The notes beneath the pieces are model-generated. The model worked only from the letters and a program-made list of their open reading frames with translations, was not told the origin of the DNA and ran no database searches. This document shows, piece after piece, positions 39,101 through 48,100 of a stretch of DNA of 64,000 nucleotides. The stretch comes from Patescibacteria group bacterium (GTDB taxonomy: Bacteria > Patescibacteriota > Patescibacteriia > CAIXNZ01). The translations under genes were made by a program, and so were the position numbers. Positions within the stretch are counted from its first letter, which is position 1; each line of letters starts with the position of its first letter. The stretch is taken from the NCBI GenBank assembly GCA_028714455.1, contig JAQTMG010000004.1:5425-69424 (forward strand), in the 5' to 3' direction.

Positions 39101-39241
39101 ATGAATACCAAGATGACAAGAACTCCATGCGAAGTGTATTCCAGAGTTGTGGGATACATCCGTCCGGTCAATCAGTGGAACAAGGGCAAGCGCGCTGAAT
39201 TCACGGATCGTAAGGAGTTTAACAAACAACTCGAGCAGTAG
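39101..39241 (+). CDS. Stand-alone 46-aa glycyl-radical domain of class III ribonucleotide reductase (NrdD C-terminal peptide)
   Basis: Translation MNTKMTRTPCEVYSRVVGYIRPVNQWNKGKRAEFTDRKEF. The RVVGY glycyl-radical motif and the WNKGK..E..DR signature are present. It has its own Shine-Dalgarno AGGAGGA 5 nt upstream. It is in a different frame from nrdD, after a 44-nt spacer containing a GC hairpin. Confidence 0.6.
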   Translation: MNTKMTRTPCEVYSRVVGYIRPVNQWNKGKRAEFTDRKEFNKQLEQ

Positions 39242-39332
39242 TTCTTTCAATCTTCAAGTTCTTTAAGTTATGCCCCGTTCTGGTTCTTGCTCCGGGGCTT
39301 TTTTCGTTATAAGATGTTCATACCAGGATTTA

Positions 39333-40049
39333 ATGATTAAAAGGATGATTAAAATAGCGGGTTTACAAAAGATGACGCTCATCGATTATCCAGGCAAAGT
39401 GGCTGCCATTGTTTTTTTGGCTGGCTGTAATTTTCGTTGCGGTTATTGTCACAATTCTGAACTAGTCCAACCTGATGGCGAAAAGGATTTTTTTTCAGAA
39501 CAAGATTTTTTTAATTTTTTGAAAAAGAGAAAAGGGCTCTTAGACGGCGTTTGCATCACAGGCGGTGAGCCGCTTTGTCACGAAGAAAAAGAGCTGGCCG
39601 AATTTTTTAAAAAAATTAAGGGATTGGGTTTTTTGATTAAGCTGGATACGAATGGCTACAATTTTTTGACGCTCAAGAATCTGGTCGCCAAAAAGGGCCT
39701 CATTGATTATATCGCCATGGACGTGAAAGTTCCGCTCGACAAATATGGCGAACTGACAAGCCTGGACGGCGACTTTGAAAATATACAAAAAAGCATCGAT
39801 TTGATTATGAAGAGCGACGTTGATTATGAATTTAGAACAACGATTTTGCCGAAGTTTCATAGCGGCTTTGAATTTGAAAAACTACTTTGCCTGATAAAAG
39901 AGGCGAAGATATTATATCTGCAGAATTTTAGAAATAGAAAAACTCTTGATGAAAAATATGGGAAGGAGCTCGCTTTTAAAAGCGGTGATTTAGAGCGCAT
40001 GAAGGAGCTGGCCCTTAAATTCGTTAAAAAATGTGAGATTAGAAATTAG
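39333..40049 (+). CDS. nrdG: Anaerobic ribonucleotide reductase activating protein NrdG (radical SAM)
   Basis: The radical SAM cluster motif CNFRCGYCHN is present. The likely start is the ATG at 39333 (MIKRMIKIAG), preceded by AGGA. The listed ORF starts at 39270 and would include a terminator-like hairpin. Confidence 0.8.
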   Translation: MIKRMIKIAGLQKMTLIDYPGKVAAIVFLAGCNFRCGYCHNSELVQPDGEKDFFSEQDFFNFLKKRKGLLDGVCITGGEPLCHEEKELAEFFKKIKGLGFLIKLDTNGYNFLTLKNLVAKKGLIDYIAMDVKVPLDKYGELTSLDGDFENIQKSIDLIMKSDVDYEFRTTILPKFHSGFEFEKLLCLIKEAKILYLQNFRNRKTLDEKYGKELAFKSGDLERMKELALKFVKKCEIRN

Positions 40050-40352
40050 ATGACCAATTTTCAAAAAAAAGTCTTGAAATTAGTTTCGAATATTCCAAGA
40101 GGGAAAGTCTCGACTTATCAATTTTTAGCCAAGAAATTGGGCAACAAAAAATTAGCCCGAGCCGTGGGCAATGCCTTGAATAAAAATCAGAAATTAATAA
40201 CCATTCCTTGTCACCGCGTTGTCAAAAGCAATGGTTTAGTTGGCGGCTATAAACTCGGGACGGCTAGAAAAATTAAACTATTGGACAGCGAAGGGATAAT
40301 AATTAAAAAAGAAAAAATTGTTTGTTTGGCTGAATGTTTTTATAAATTTTAA
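40050..40352 (+). CDS. ogt: Methylated-DNA-protein-cysteine methyltransferase (Ogt/MGMT), DNA-binding/active-site domain only
   Basis: The active-site motif IPCHRVV and a helix-turn-helix are present. At 100 aa it is the C-terminal domain alone. Confidence 0.8.
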   Translation: MTNFQKKVLKLVSNIPRGKVSTYQFLAKKLGNKKLARAVGNALNKNQKLITIPCHRVVKSNGLVGGYKLGTARKIKLLDSEGIIIKKEKIVCLAECFYKF

Positions 40353-40363
40353 ATTAATTTTAT

Positions 40364-40507
40364 ATGGCTAAAAAATGTAAAGAGTGCGGAGTTCCTTTTG
40401 AGGGATTTTTATACAACACACTGGGTAGGTTGTTCAGAATCAAACCTTCAGAAAAAAATCCCGAGATTTGTAATAAATGCGATAAGGATCCGGCTCCACT
40501 TTTTTAA
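40364..40507 (+). CDS. Small zinc-ribbon protein (47 aa), hypothetical
   Basis: Translation MAKKCKECGVPF...ICNKCDKDPAPLF, with two CxxC pairs. It falls below the ORF-track size cutoff. No clear Shine-Dalgarno sequence is present. Confidence 0.3.
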   Translation: MAKKCKECGVPFEGFLYNTLGRLFRIKPSEKNPEICNKCDKDPAPLF

Positions 40508-40533
40508 AGGACATTTTAGAAGAATGGATAGGG

Positions 40534-40562
40534 TTGACAAAATGTTTATTTTGCGATACGAT
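40534..40562 (+). promoter_or_regulatory. Sigma70-type promoter: TTGACA, 17-bp spacer, TACGAT
   Basis: TTGACA at 40534-40539 and TACGAT at 40557-40562. A Shine-Dalgarno AAGGAGGGG follows, then the ATG at 40622. Confidence 0.45.
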
Positions 40563-40621
40563 AATTAATCGATACATTGTTTTAAAATTTTCTACCAAAA
40601 ACCCAAAAAAGGAGGGGAAGA

Positions 40622-40975
40622 ATGCGGGACAGGGTAGAAGTACCAAAATCATTGACGGATCTGGGCGGCACTTTCCAGGAAGATCCCACCCTAAGATTGG
40701 CGGGTAATTCGCAGGCGGCCGAAGCGCCACTGGCTGAAGAAGGAGGCGTTTATGCCGATGTGGTCGAGACAGCGGTGTGCGCTGGCGATGGTCGCTGCAT
40801 GGCTGGCCTTCGAGGTGAGCCGATCAGTAATTGTTTTGAATTCGATTGGCCGTGCGTGAGTCAGAACGGACGCCAAAAATCAATCGCCAAGCAGGGAATA
40901 AAGAGGATTCCCGTGGCCACGGTGAACGGAGTTCCTTTGGCTACTTATCTCGCGGGAAAAACAGGCGAGAAATAA
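40622..40975 (+). CDS. Hypothetical 117-aa protein encoded in a GC-rich island
   Basis: It has a strong Shine-Dalgarno sequence, its own promoter and a strong terminator. Local GC is markedly above the window average. The protein contains 6 Cys and no transmembrane helix. It has no recognisable family. Confidence 0.4.
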   Translation: MRDRVEVPKSLTDLGGTFQEDPTLRLAGNSQAAEAPLAEEGGVYADVVETAVCAGDGRCMAGLRGEPISNCFEFDWPCVSQNGRQKSIAKQGIKRIPVATVNGVPLATYLAGKTGEK

Positions 40976-40986
40976 TATTTTTAAAA

Positions 40987-41024
40987 GGCGGCGCATCAGA
41001 AATGATGCGCCGTTTTTCTTTTTC
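40987..41024 (+). terminator. Strong intrinsic terminator
   Basis: Stem GGCGGCGCATCA, loop GAAA, stem TGATGCGCCG, followed by T5CT5. Confidence 0.75.
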
Positions 41025-41065
41025 AAGGTCTTTTCAAAAGAGTCTTTTTTTGTTAGAATTGGCAT

Positions 41066-42164
41066 ATGAAAGAAGCTGAATTAATAAATAAACTCAAGGA
41101 GTTAAACATCAAGATCTCCGAGGCCTGGGAGTTTCTTTGACATTGGCAAAAAGATTGATGAAGTCAAAAAATTAGATAAAGAAATAGCCGAAAAAGATTT
41201 TTGGTCAGACACAAAAAAAGCCAAAGCCATTAGTCAAAAAACTAGTGACCTAAAAAGCGAGATAGATATTTGGCAGAAATTGAAAAAAGAAATTGATGAT
41301 TTATCTGATTTAGCTAGAACAGATCAAGAAGATAAATCGGTGAATTTGCGTGAAGAGGTTGAAAAAGAATATGAGAAATTAAAAAAAGAATTTAAAAAGT
41401 TAGAATTTCAATTATTGTTCGGTGAAAAAAATGATGTCAATAACGCCATTTTGGCTGTTCACGCGGGTACGGGCGGCGTTGACGCTATGGATTGGACTCA
41501 GATGCTTTTGCGCATGTATCTGCGCTACTGCGAGCGAAAAGGATTTAAAACAAAAATAGTTGATGAAACTTTTGGTTCAGAAGCAGGCGTCAAAAGCGCC
41601 GTGGTCGAGATCTCCGGCAAATACGCCTATGGCAATTTAAAATCCGAAAACGGCGTGCATCGACTGGTGCGCATTTCACCATTTGACGCGGAAGCCATGA
41701 GGCACACATCTTTCGCTCTCGTTGAGGTAATTCCGGAGATTGCCGAGGACGCGGAAATAGAAATTAAACCAGAAGATTTAAAAATTGATACTTTTCGCGC
41801 TTCGGGTCATGGCGGTCAAAATATTCAAAAAACAGAATCAGCCGTGCGCATTACCCATTTGCCCACAAAAATTACTGTCGTTTGTCAGAGTGAGCGTTCA
41901 CAAGCACAAAACAAAGAGCGCGCCTTAAAAATTTTAAAATCAAAGTTATTTCAACTATCGCAAGCCATAGCCGAGGCGGAAAAAAAACAACTGCGTGGTG
42001 AATATTCTGAAGCGGCCTGGGGCAACCAGATTCGCTCCTATGTTTTGCAGCCATATCATTTGGTTAAAGATCATAGAACTGAATATGAGGAGGGCGACGT
42101 AGATTCTGTGTTAGATGGTAAATTGGATGGGTTTGTAGGAGCATATTTGAAACTTAAACGCTAA
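41066..42164 (+). CDS. prfB: Peptide chain release factor 2 with a programmed +1 ribosomal frameshift (join 41066..41137, 41139..42164)
   Basis: ORF0 reads MKEAELINKLKELNIKISEAWEFL and ends at the canonical site GGGAG-TTT-CTT-TGA-C. The +1 frame continues DIGKKIDEV... through SPF (RISPFDAE) and GGQ (RASGHGGQNIQ). Confidence 0.9.
41126..41141 (+). promoter_or_regulatory. RF2 autoregulatory +1 frameshift site (internal Shine-Dalgarno-like GGGAG, then CUU UGA C)
   Basis: The sequence CTGGGAGTTTCTTTGAC matches the conserved prfB recoding cassette. Confidence 0.85.
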
Positions 42165-42220
42165 ACCCTAAACTCTAAATACCGCCGAATATAACAAATA
42201 TTGAAATCAGCAGGTAATTA

Positions 42221-42451
42221 ATGCGATCCGGTTGCTCTATCGGAGCTAACTATATTGAAGCAAATGAATCGTTGAGTAAAAAAGATTTTGTCATGAGGGT
42301 GAAAATAAGTAAAAAAGAAGCAAAAGAAACTATCTATTGGTTAAATTTGAGTCAGCCAAATTTAGAGTTAGAGTCAACGAAGGAAAAGTTAATTCGTGAG
42401 AGTATGGAACTCATGAAGATTTTGGGCGCAATAGTTGAGAAATCAAAATAA
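42221..42451 (+). CDS. Four-helix-bundle protein (23S rRNA intervening-sequence protein family), N-terminally truncated
   Basis: Contains the motif SIGANYIEANESLSKKDF...KETIYWL. Family members are about 115-125 aa. The upstream frame is closed by stop codons, so only about 76 aa remain. Confidence 0.55.
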   Translation: MRSGCSIGANYIEANESLSKKDFVMRVKISKKEAKETIYWLNLSQPNLELESTKEKLIRESMELMKILGAIVEKSK

Positions 42452-42513
42452 GTATTTAAAATTTAGGATTTGTTATTTGTTTAGAGTTTAGATATTAGAA
42501 ATTAGAATTTGCT

Positions 42514-43188
42514 ATGTTAGACCAAAATGTCTGGATCGTTATTCCAGCGCACAATGAGGAAAAAAATATCAGCGGCGTTATTTCTGGCCTTAAAATTTTA
42601 ACGCCCAATATTATTGTTGTGAATGATGGCTCGACTGACGGGACTTCGGAAGTTTGTAAGGTTAATGAGGTTTATGTCATTGATCATTTGGTTAACCGAG
42701 GCCAGGGCGCTGCTTTACAAACAGGTACTGAATTTGCCTTAAATAAAGGCGCGGAGATTGTCGTGCATTTTGACGCTGATGGTCAGCATCAGGTTCAAGA
42801 TATTGAAAAAATAATTCAGCCGCTTTTACAAAACGAGGCCGATATTGTTTTTGGCTCGCGTTTTTTAGAAAATAAATCAAAAGTTCCCTGGTTTAAAAAA
42901 TATTTTATACTTAAGCCCGCCGCGTTTTTCAATTGGTTTTTCACGGGATTGAAATTGAGCGATGCGCACAATGGCTTTCGCGCGCTAAATAAAGAGTCAG
43001 CCAGAAAAATCAGGATAGAGCAGGATGGCATGGCCCACGCTACTGAAATTATGGAACAAGTTGTACGTCACGGCTTGCGCTTCAAGGAAGCACCCGTCGA
43101 AATAATTTACACGGACTATGGGCAGGGTTTTGTCGGCGGTTTGAAAATTTTAGAAGATTTATTTATCTCAAAAATAATTAAAAAATAA
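42514..43188 (+). CDS. Glycosyltransferase family 2 (polyprenyl-phosphate sugar transferase, GtrB/DPM1-like)
   Basis: Contains IVIPAHNEEKNI and the DxD motif DADGQH. At 224 aa it is a single-domain GT-A. Confidence 0.8.
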   Translation: MLDQNVWIVIPAHNEEKNISGVISGLKILTPNIIVVNDGSTDGTSEVCKVNEVYVIDHLVNRGQGAALQTGTEFALNKGAEIVVHFDADGQHQVQDIEKIIQPLLQNEADIVFGSRFLENKSKVPWFKKYFILKPAAFFNWFFTGLKLSDAHNGFRALNKESARKIRIEQDGMAHATEIMEQVVRHGLRFKEAPVEIIYTDYGQGFVGGLKILEDLFISKIIKK

Positions 43189-43189
43189 T

Positions 43190-43522
43190 ATGCTCATCAA
43201 AATAGTTTTAATTCTCTTTATAGTTTTTGTCATCAGCAAAGTAGCTCTGCGCTACAAAGACAAAGCCATTTCTTTGCAAGAATTTATTTTGTGGACGATT
43301 TTTTGGCTGCTGGTCGGCTTTGTGGTGATTTTTCCCGAGACCACTTCTTACGTGGCCAATCTGCTCGGAGTAGGCAGGGGAGTTGATCTGGTCATTTACG
43401 TTTCCATTTTGATCTTGTTTTATCTGGTTTTCCGCGTGCTGACCAGACAGGATAAAATCGAAAAAGACGTTACCAGGATAGTTAGAGAAATCGCGCTAAA
43501 TGAGAAAAAGGCAAAGCAATAA
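43190..43522 (+). CDS. Small membrane protein (3 transmembrane helices) coupled to the GT2 gene; hypothetical (DUF2304-like?)
   Basis: 110 aa. Its start lies 2 nt after the GT2 stop. Hydrophobic helices are followed by a basic tail. Confidence 0.45.
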   Translation: MLIKIVLILFIVFVISKVALRYKDKAISLQEFILWTIFWLLVGFVVIFPETTSYVANLLGVGRGVDLVIYVSILILFYLVFRVLTRQDKIEKDVTRIVREIALNEKKAKQ

Positions 43523-43531
43523 TTTTTTACG

Positions 43532-44374
43532 ATGGTTATTAAGCCCGAAGAAATAAAATTATTGGTTAAGGAATATGGAATTTGGCCCAGCAAAAATATG
43601 GGCCAAAACTTTTTAATTAATGAGGCGGTTTTGGAAAAAATTGTCAGAGCGGCTGATCTTCGCGCTGATGATTGTGTTTTGGAAATAGGACCGGGTTTTG
43701 GCATCTTAACCGAGGAACTTATTGAAAAAGTAAAAAAAGTTTTGGCCATTGAACTAGACAAACGTCTAGTTTATTTTTTAAAGCAGAAATTCAAGAGGCA
43801 AAATAATCTGGAAATTTTACAAAGCGATGTTTTAAAAATAAAAAATCAGGAAATTTTTGACAAGCTGGCTGGTGGTAGCGGCGGTTATAAAATCGTCGCC
43901 AACTTGCCTTATAACATCACCGGCGCCGCGCTGAAAAAATTTTTGTCTTATAATCCCAAACCCACGGAGATGATTTTACTGCTGCAAAAAGAAGTGGCTC
44001 AAAGAATTTTGGCCAAACCCCGTAAGATGAGTCTACTCTCGCTGTCGGTGCAATTTTATGGCGAGGCAGAGTTGGTTAGTTTGGTGAGTAAAGAAAGTTT
44101 TTACCCCAGGCCAAAAGTTGACAGCGCGATTATCAAAATTAGAATAAAAAAAGAGGCCATTTCCGGCTTGGTTGAGAACGAATTTTGGCGGTTGGCCAGA
44201 ATAGGTTTTAGTTCGCCCAGAAAACAGTTGCAAAACAATCTGTCCTCGGGCTTAAAAATAGACAAGGAAAAGGCGAAAAATGCTTTAAAGTACGCCAAGC
44301 TTGAACCCAATTGCCGCCCCTCTGATTTGAATCTGGCGCAGTGGATATCTTTATACCAAAAAATCATGGTTTGA
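43532..44374 (+). CDS. rsmA: 16S rRNA (adenine1518/1519-N6)-dimethyltransferase RsmA/KsgA
   Basis: Contains GQNFL, the SAM-binding motif VLEIGPGFGILT, and NLPYNI. Confidence 0.9.
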   Translation: MVIKPEEIKLLVKEYGIWPSKNMGQNFLINEAVLEKIVRAADLRADDCVLEIGPGFGILTEELIEKVKKVLAIELDKRLVYFLKQKFKRQNNLEILQSDVLKIKNQEIFDKLAGGSGGYKIVANLPYNITGAALKKFLSYNPKPTEMILLLQKEVAQRILAKPRKMSLLSLSVQFYGEAELVSLVSKESFYPRPKVDSAIIKIRIKKEAISGLVENEFWRLARIGFSSPRKQLQNNLSSGLKIDKEKAKNALKYAKLEPNCRPSDLNLAQWISLYQKIMV

Positions 44375-44433
44375 CCGCATTTTTTATGGTATAATTAAAT
44401 AAGATTTAATGATATAATATAACCAACAGGCTG

Positions 44434-45090
44434 ATGCCCGAAAACAAAGGAAAAATCAAAGAGTTTTTTGAGCAAGAAGCCGATAAACTAGCGGAAAAAA
44501 TCGAGAGAACTCCGATAGAGAAGTTTTTTATATTTTTTTTGATAATGGTGACGGCCGCGGCTCTGGTCATGGGCTATTTGCAATTCAGAAAAAACATTGA
44601 CCAGCCGCTTTTTTCAAGTTATTTGAGTCAGAAAAGGGCGATCGAACAACAAAACTATTTAAATTCGACGCAGAACACAAATTCGGTTATTTTTTCACCG
44701 GCGGCTTTGAACTCGTCCGTGAATTTGAACGGCAATGTAAACGCCGAGTCAAATTCAAACACGAATGCAGCGGGGACTACTTTAAGCACCGATGATCTGG
44801 CAAAAATAGAGCAGATGCTTTTAAGCGGAGACGTTAGCCTTAAGGATTTGGGCATTGACGATCCCGCCTTACAGCAGCAGCTGGATGAAATTCGAACTAG
44901 CGGTTTAGCAGGCGCGCAACTTAGTCAGGCCGATCAGGAGGTTTTGGACAATTTGAAGAACCTGACTCCGGCCCAGATTCGTGATGAACTTGTAAAGCAA
45001 GGCATAGACAAAAATACCCTGGATCAGATTAGCGATGAGGATCTTAAAAATTTATTTCTACAAACCTTGAGTCAATATCAAAGCCAGTAA
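44434..45090 (+). CDS. Hypothetical membrane-anchored protein with an Asn-rich low-complexity segment
   Basis: Single transmembrane helix. The stretch NSSVNLNGNVNAESNSNTNAAG resembles the linkers of the 30790 and 31815 paralogs. Confidence 0.45.
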   Translation: MPENKGKIKEFFEQEADKLAEKIERTPIEKFFIFFLIMVTAAALVMGYLQFRKNIDQPLFSSYLSQKRAIEQQNYLNSTQNTNSVIFSPAALNSSVNLNGNVNAESNSNTNAAGTTLSTDDLAKIEQMLLSGDVSLKDLGIDDPALQQQLDEIRTSGLAGAQLSQADQEVLDNLKNLTPAQIRDELVKQGIDKNTLDQISDEDLKNLFLQTLSQYQSQ

Positions 45091-45110
45091 CATAATTAAT
45101 TTTTCCAGCC

Positions 45111-48100
45111 ATGCTCGGTCAAAAAAATTCAAAAATTAATAAGGTCGCGCTGATAACGCTCTCCTTGATTTTTATTTTTTCTTCTTCCTATCTCGCCTTT
45201 GGCTGGAACGTTCGTCAGTCTCATGCCCAAGCGCTTGTTTTTGACGCGCCGGCCTTTGCTCATCTGACGGGTACCGAGATTTTAACCAAGATTTACGATG
45301 AAATAAAGGCCGTATTTTTTAAGAACGTGTTAGGTAGTTTTGCCAACAAGATCGCGGAACAGACGGCGATCTGGGTCGCTTCGGGAGGCAATGGCGCCAA
45401 GCCGCAATTTGTGACAAATTTTACCGAATTTACGCAAGGCTTTGCTGACGCGGCCGTCGGAGATTTTGTTCAGAACATCATGAAAGATCTGACCGGGTTG
45501 GATGTCTGTACGTTGGATCCGCGCTTGGCCATAAACATCGTCCTAAACATTCCAACGTTTCCAGGCAATGAAAATAACAAGCCGAGCTGCACCTGGACGC
45601 AAATGAAAAATCATTGGGAGGAAATAGGCAAATCCCAGCTTTTGACTTTAAACGCGACTCTGCAACCGGGCGGTCAATTCGGCCAGAATGTTCAACAACA
45701 AAACGCGGCCGTGCAAAACAACCCAACTCTGCGTTGCTGGACAAGTGATTTATACTCTGGCCATTACGTGAGCGCCACGAGCTGCACTCCTTCCTCTTGT
45801 TCCAATTCGAGTGACATTTTCACGTGTCCGGCGCCAGCCGTACAGGGGGCTCTTGAATTAAGCGGCAAAACACTTTCTGATTATTCGACCGTATTAAGTC
45901 AGGATGTAAGTCTCATGTCTGCGCACGCCCTGGATGGGACTACTCAAGCTTTTAGCGCCGGTATCGGCTCGTATGAAGTGGTCCCCGAAAATATTCCTCT
46001 GGTCAGAGATAAGTGGCTGGCCAAGATTGACGCTCAAATCGCGCCGCTGACCGCGTTAATTAATAAATATGGCCCCTGCCAGGGCGTTGACGCGGTGCAA
46101 TTTATTTCAGGCGGTAACTGCAATTCAGTTGCCCAAGAATTGGGTTTAAACATCCAGGGAACTGACTTGGGCAATCCAAACTTTCCAACCCTGGCCGCCA
46201 AGGTCAAGGGTGATCTGGGTCAAAAAACCAGCTACGTCTATAACAGCGCGCAGTCAATCAAGAGCGGTTACGATTATTTAAAATCACAGATAACCCAATA
46301 TTTTAGTCCTGAAAATTTTCAGGGCGGCGCTGCCTACAACTCCAATATGGCCAAGGATTTTTTTAATCCCGACGCCTTTGAATTCAACGCTTACGCGACT
46401 CTGACTCAAAAAATAAACGAAGTCGGTTTACAGACATTCACCCAGCAGCAGATTGATTTAACCGTCAATCAGGGCTGGAAAAGCGCCACAGACAAAATCG
46501 GGGGATATATCGAGACTCCTTCAAATCTCTTAAGAGATAAAGCAAGCGAAGATTTGAAGCAAGGCAAAACCGCCTCGGCGTACACAAATAACATTGCGGC
46601 TGACGCCTTAGGCGTATTTTTGGAGACTCTCTGGAATCAATATACCCAGCGTTTACTGCAGGGCATTGCCAATCCCAAACAAGCTCAAGAGTCCAAAAAA
46701 ATATCTATTCCCGGCACCCTGGGCCAAGGCACGCAAGGCACAACCTCCAGATATTCTCAAGACATTACGACACCCGAGGGCGTCACAAAATACATTCAGG
46801 ATATAGGCAAACAATTCCAGGCCAGCTACACGTACAAAGACGTGAATTTATTGGCCGATTTTCAACTGCAGATCACGGGCTTAGTTAATCCAAACATATA
46901 TAACAATGTTATTGATTCCAATTTTGCTTTGGCGATTAACGATCAGCAGACAATCCAAGAAGCCCTTGACGCGGGGCGTTTGGTTGGAAATTACAGATTT
47001 TCCTGGGGGTCGCAGCTTGAATCGGGGACGTATAGTCTGGCCAATATCAAAAAATTGAGAAAAGCCAGGGCCGTGCCCATCGGCTTGGAGTTGGCCGTGG
47101 AATTAATTAGGGACTGTAGTTTAAATCCGATTGGTCCGCTCTGTGCTAGCAACAAACTCCCGGCCGGCGCAAGCCCTTCAGATATCGCCAAATTTACTTT
47201 GCAGGAGGTGATAAAAGGATTTGACAAGTCGGGTAATGACGGCATCTGCGGCACGCTTGATAGTAACGAATCAGCGTTTTGCAATCTTGTCAATCCGAAC
47301 TGGGTGCTGAAAATTCCATTAACCAAATGTTCTTATGAATCTGATTTAGAGCCATTTGGCGAGATTTTACAAAGTAATGATAGTAGCGAAAGATATTCAC
47401 GCTGTACTGATTTCGCTTCTTGTCTCCAGGAAGACGGTAAGGGCGGCTGTCAAGATGAACAATATGGCTTTTGCGTAAAAGAAAAAAATGTTTGGCGTCT
47501 GGGCGCCGAAACCTGTCCGGCTGATTACGACAGTTGCCGCACTTATACTGTTAGACAAGGCGAAACAACAACAACCGTTTCATATTTAAAAAACACTCTG
47601 CCAGGTTCGGGCGTCTGCGGACCGGATAACGCCGGTTGTCAGCCGTACGCTTACGAGCGAGTCGGAACAAGCTGGAATGCCGAGAAAAAAATATATCTGG
47701 ATGCGAATGCCGAGACCTGTGATAGAACGAGTGAGGGTTGCTCGCTTTTCTGGCCGAGCGGCGATTTAAAAACGGCGATCGGCGAGAAGGCGCCTCTTTA
47801 TTATCGTAAGCCGCCAGCCTACCTGGGTTGTACTGGCAGCACTAATGATAATCCGCTCTGTCAAAACTATATGCAAATTTGCAACGCCGCCGAAGTGGGT
47901 TGCCAGCTTTACAAACCATTAAATGGCGACCCGAGCGTGCCTGCGGTGGCCAAATCTACTGATCTTTGTCCGGCCGAGTGCGTCGGTTACAGTGTCTATG
48001 TTCAGCAGCCGACTGCTTATGAACCGGAGCCTGTAAATTTATATAATTATTTTATTGCCGGCGCAGTCTCTCGCTGCTCACTGGAACAAATCGGCTGTTC

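Noticed and set aside
39272-39305. Hairpin GCCCCG..CGGGGC-T6 as a hard terminator separating nrdG from nrdD
   Set aside because: It may be a terminator, but it also lies within the longest possible nrdG reading frame. nrdG has its own Shine-Dalgarno and ATG at 39333, and NrdR boxes exist only upstream of nrdR. It was noted within the nrdG feature rather than called as a separate terminator.
40622-40975. GC-rich island as RNase P RNA, tmRNA or SRP RNA
   Set aside because: The P4/P15 RNase P consensus strings, the tmRNA tag-ORF with tRNA-like 3' end, and the SRP domain IV motif were looked for by eye and not found. The protein-coding reading, with promoter, Shine-Dalgarno and terminator, was kept at low confidence.
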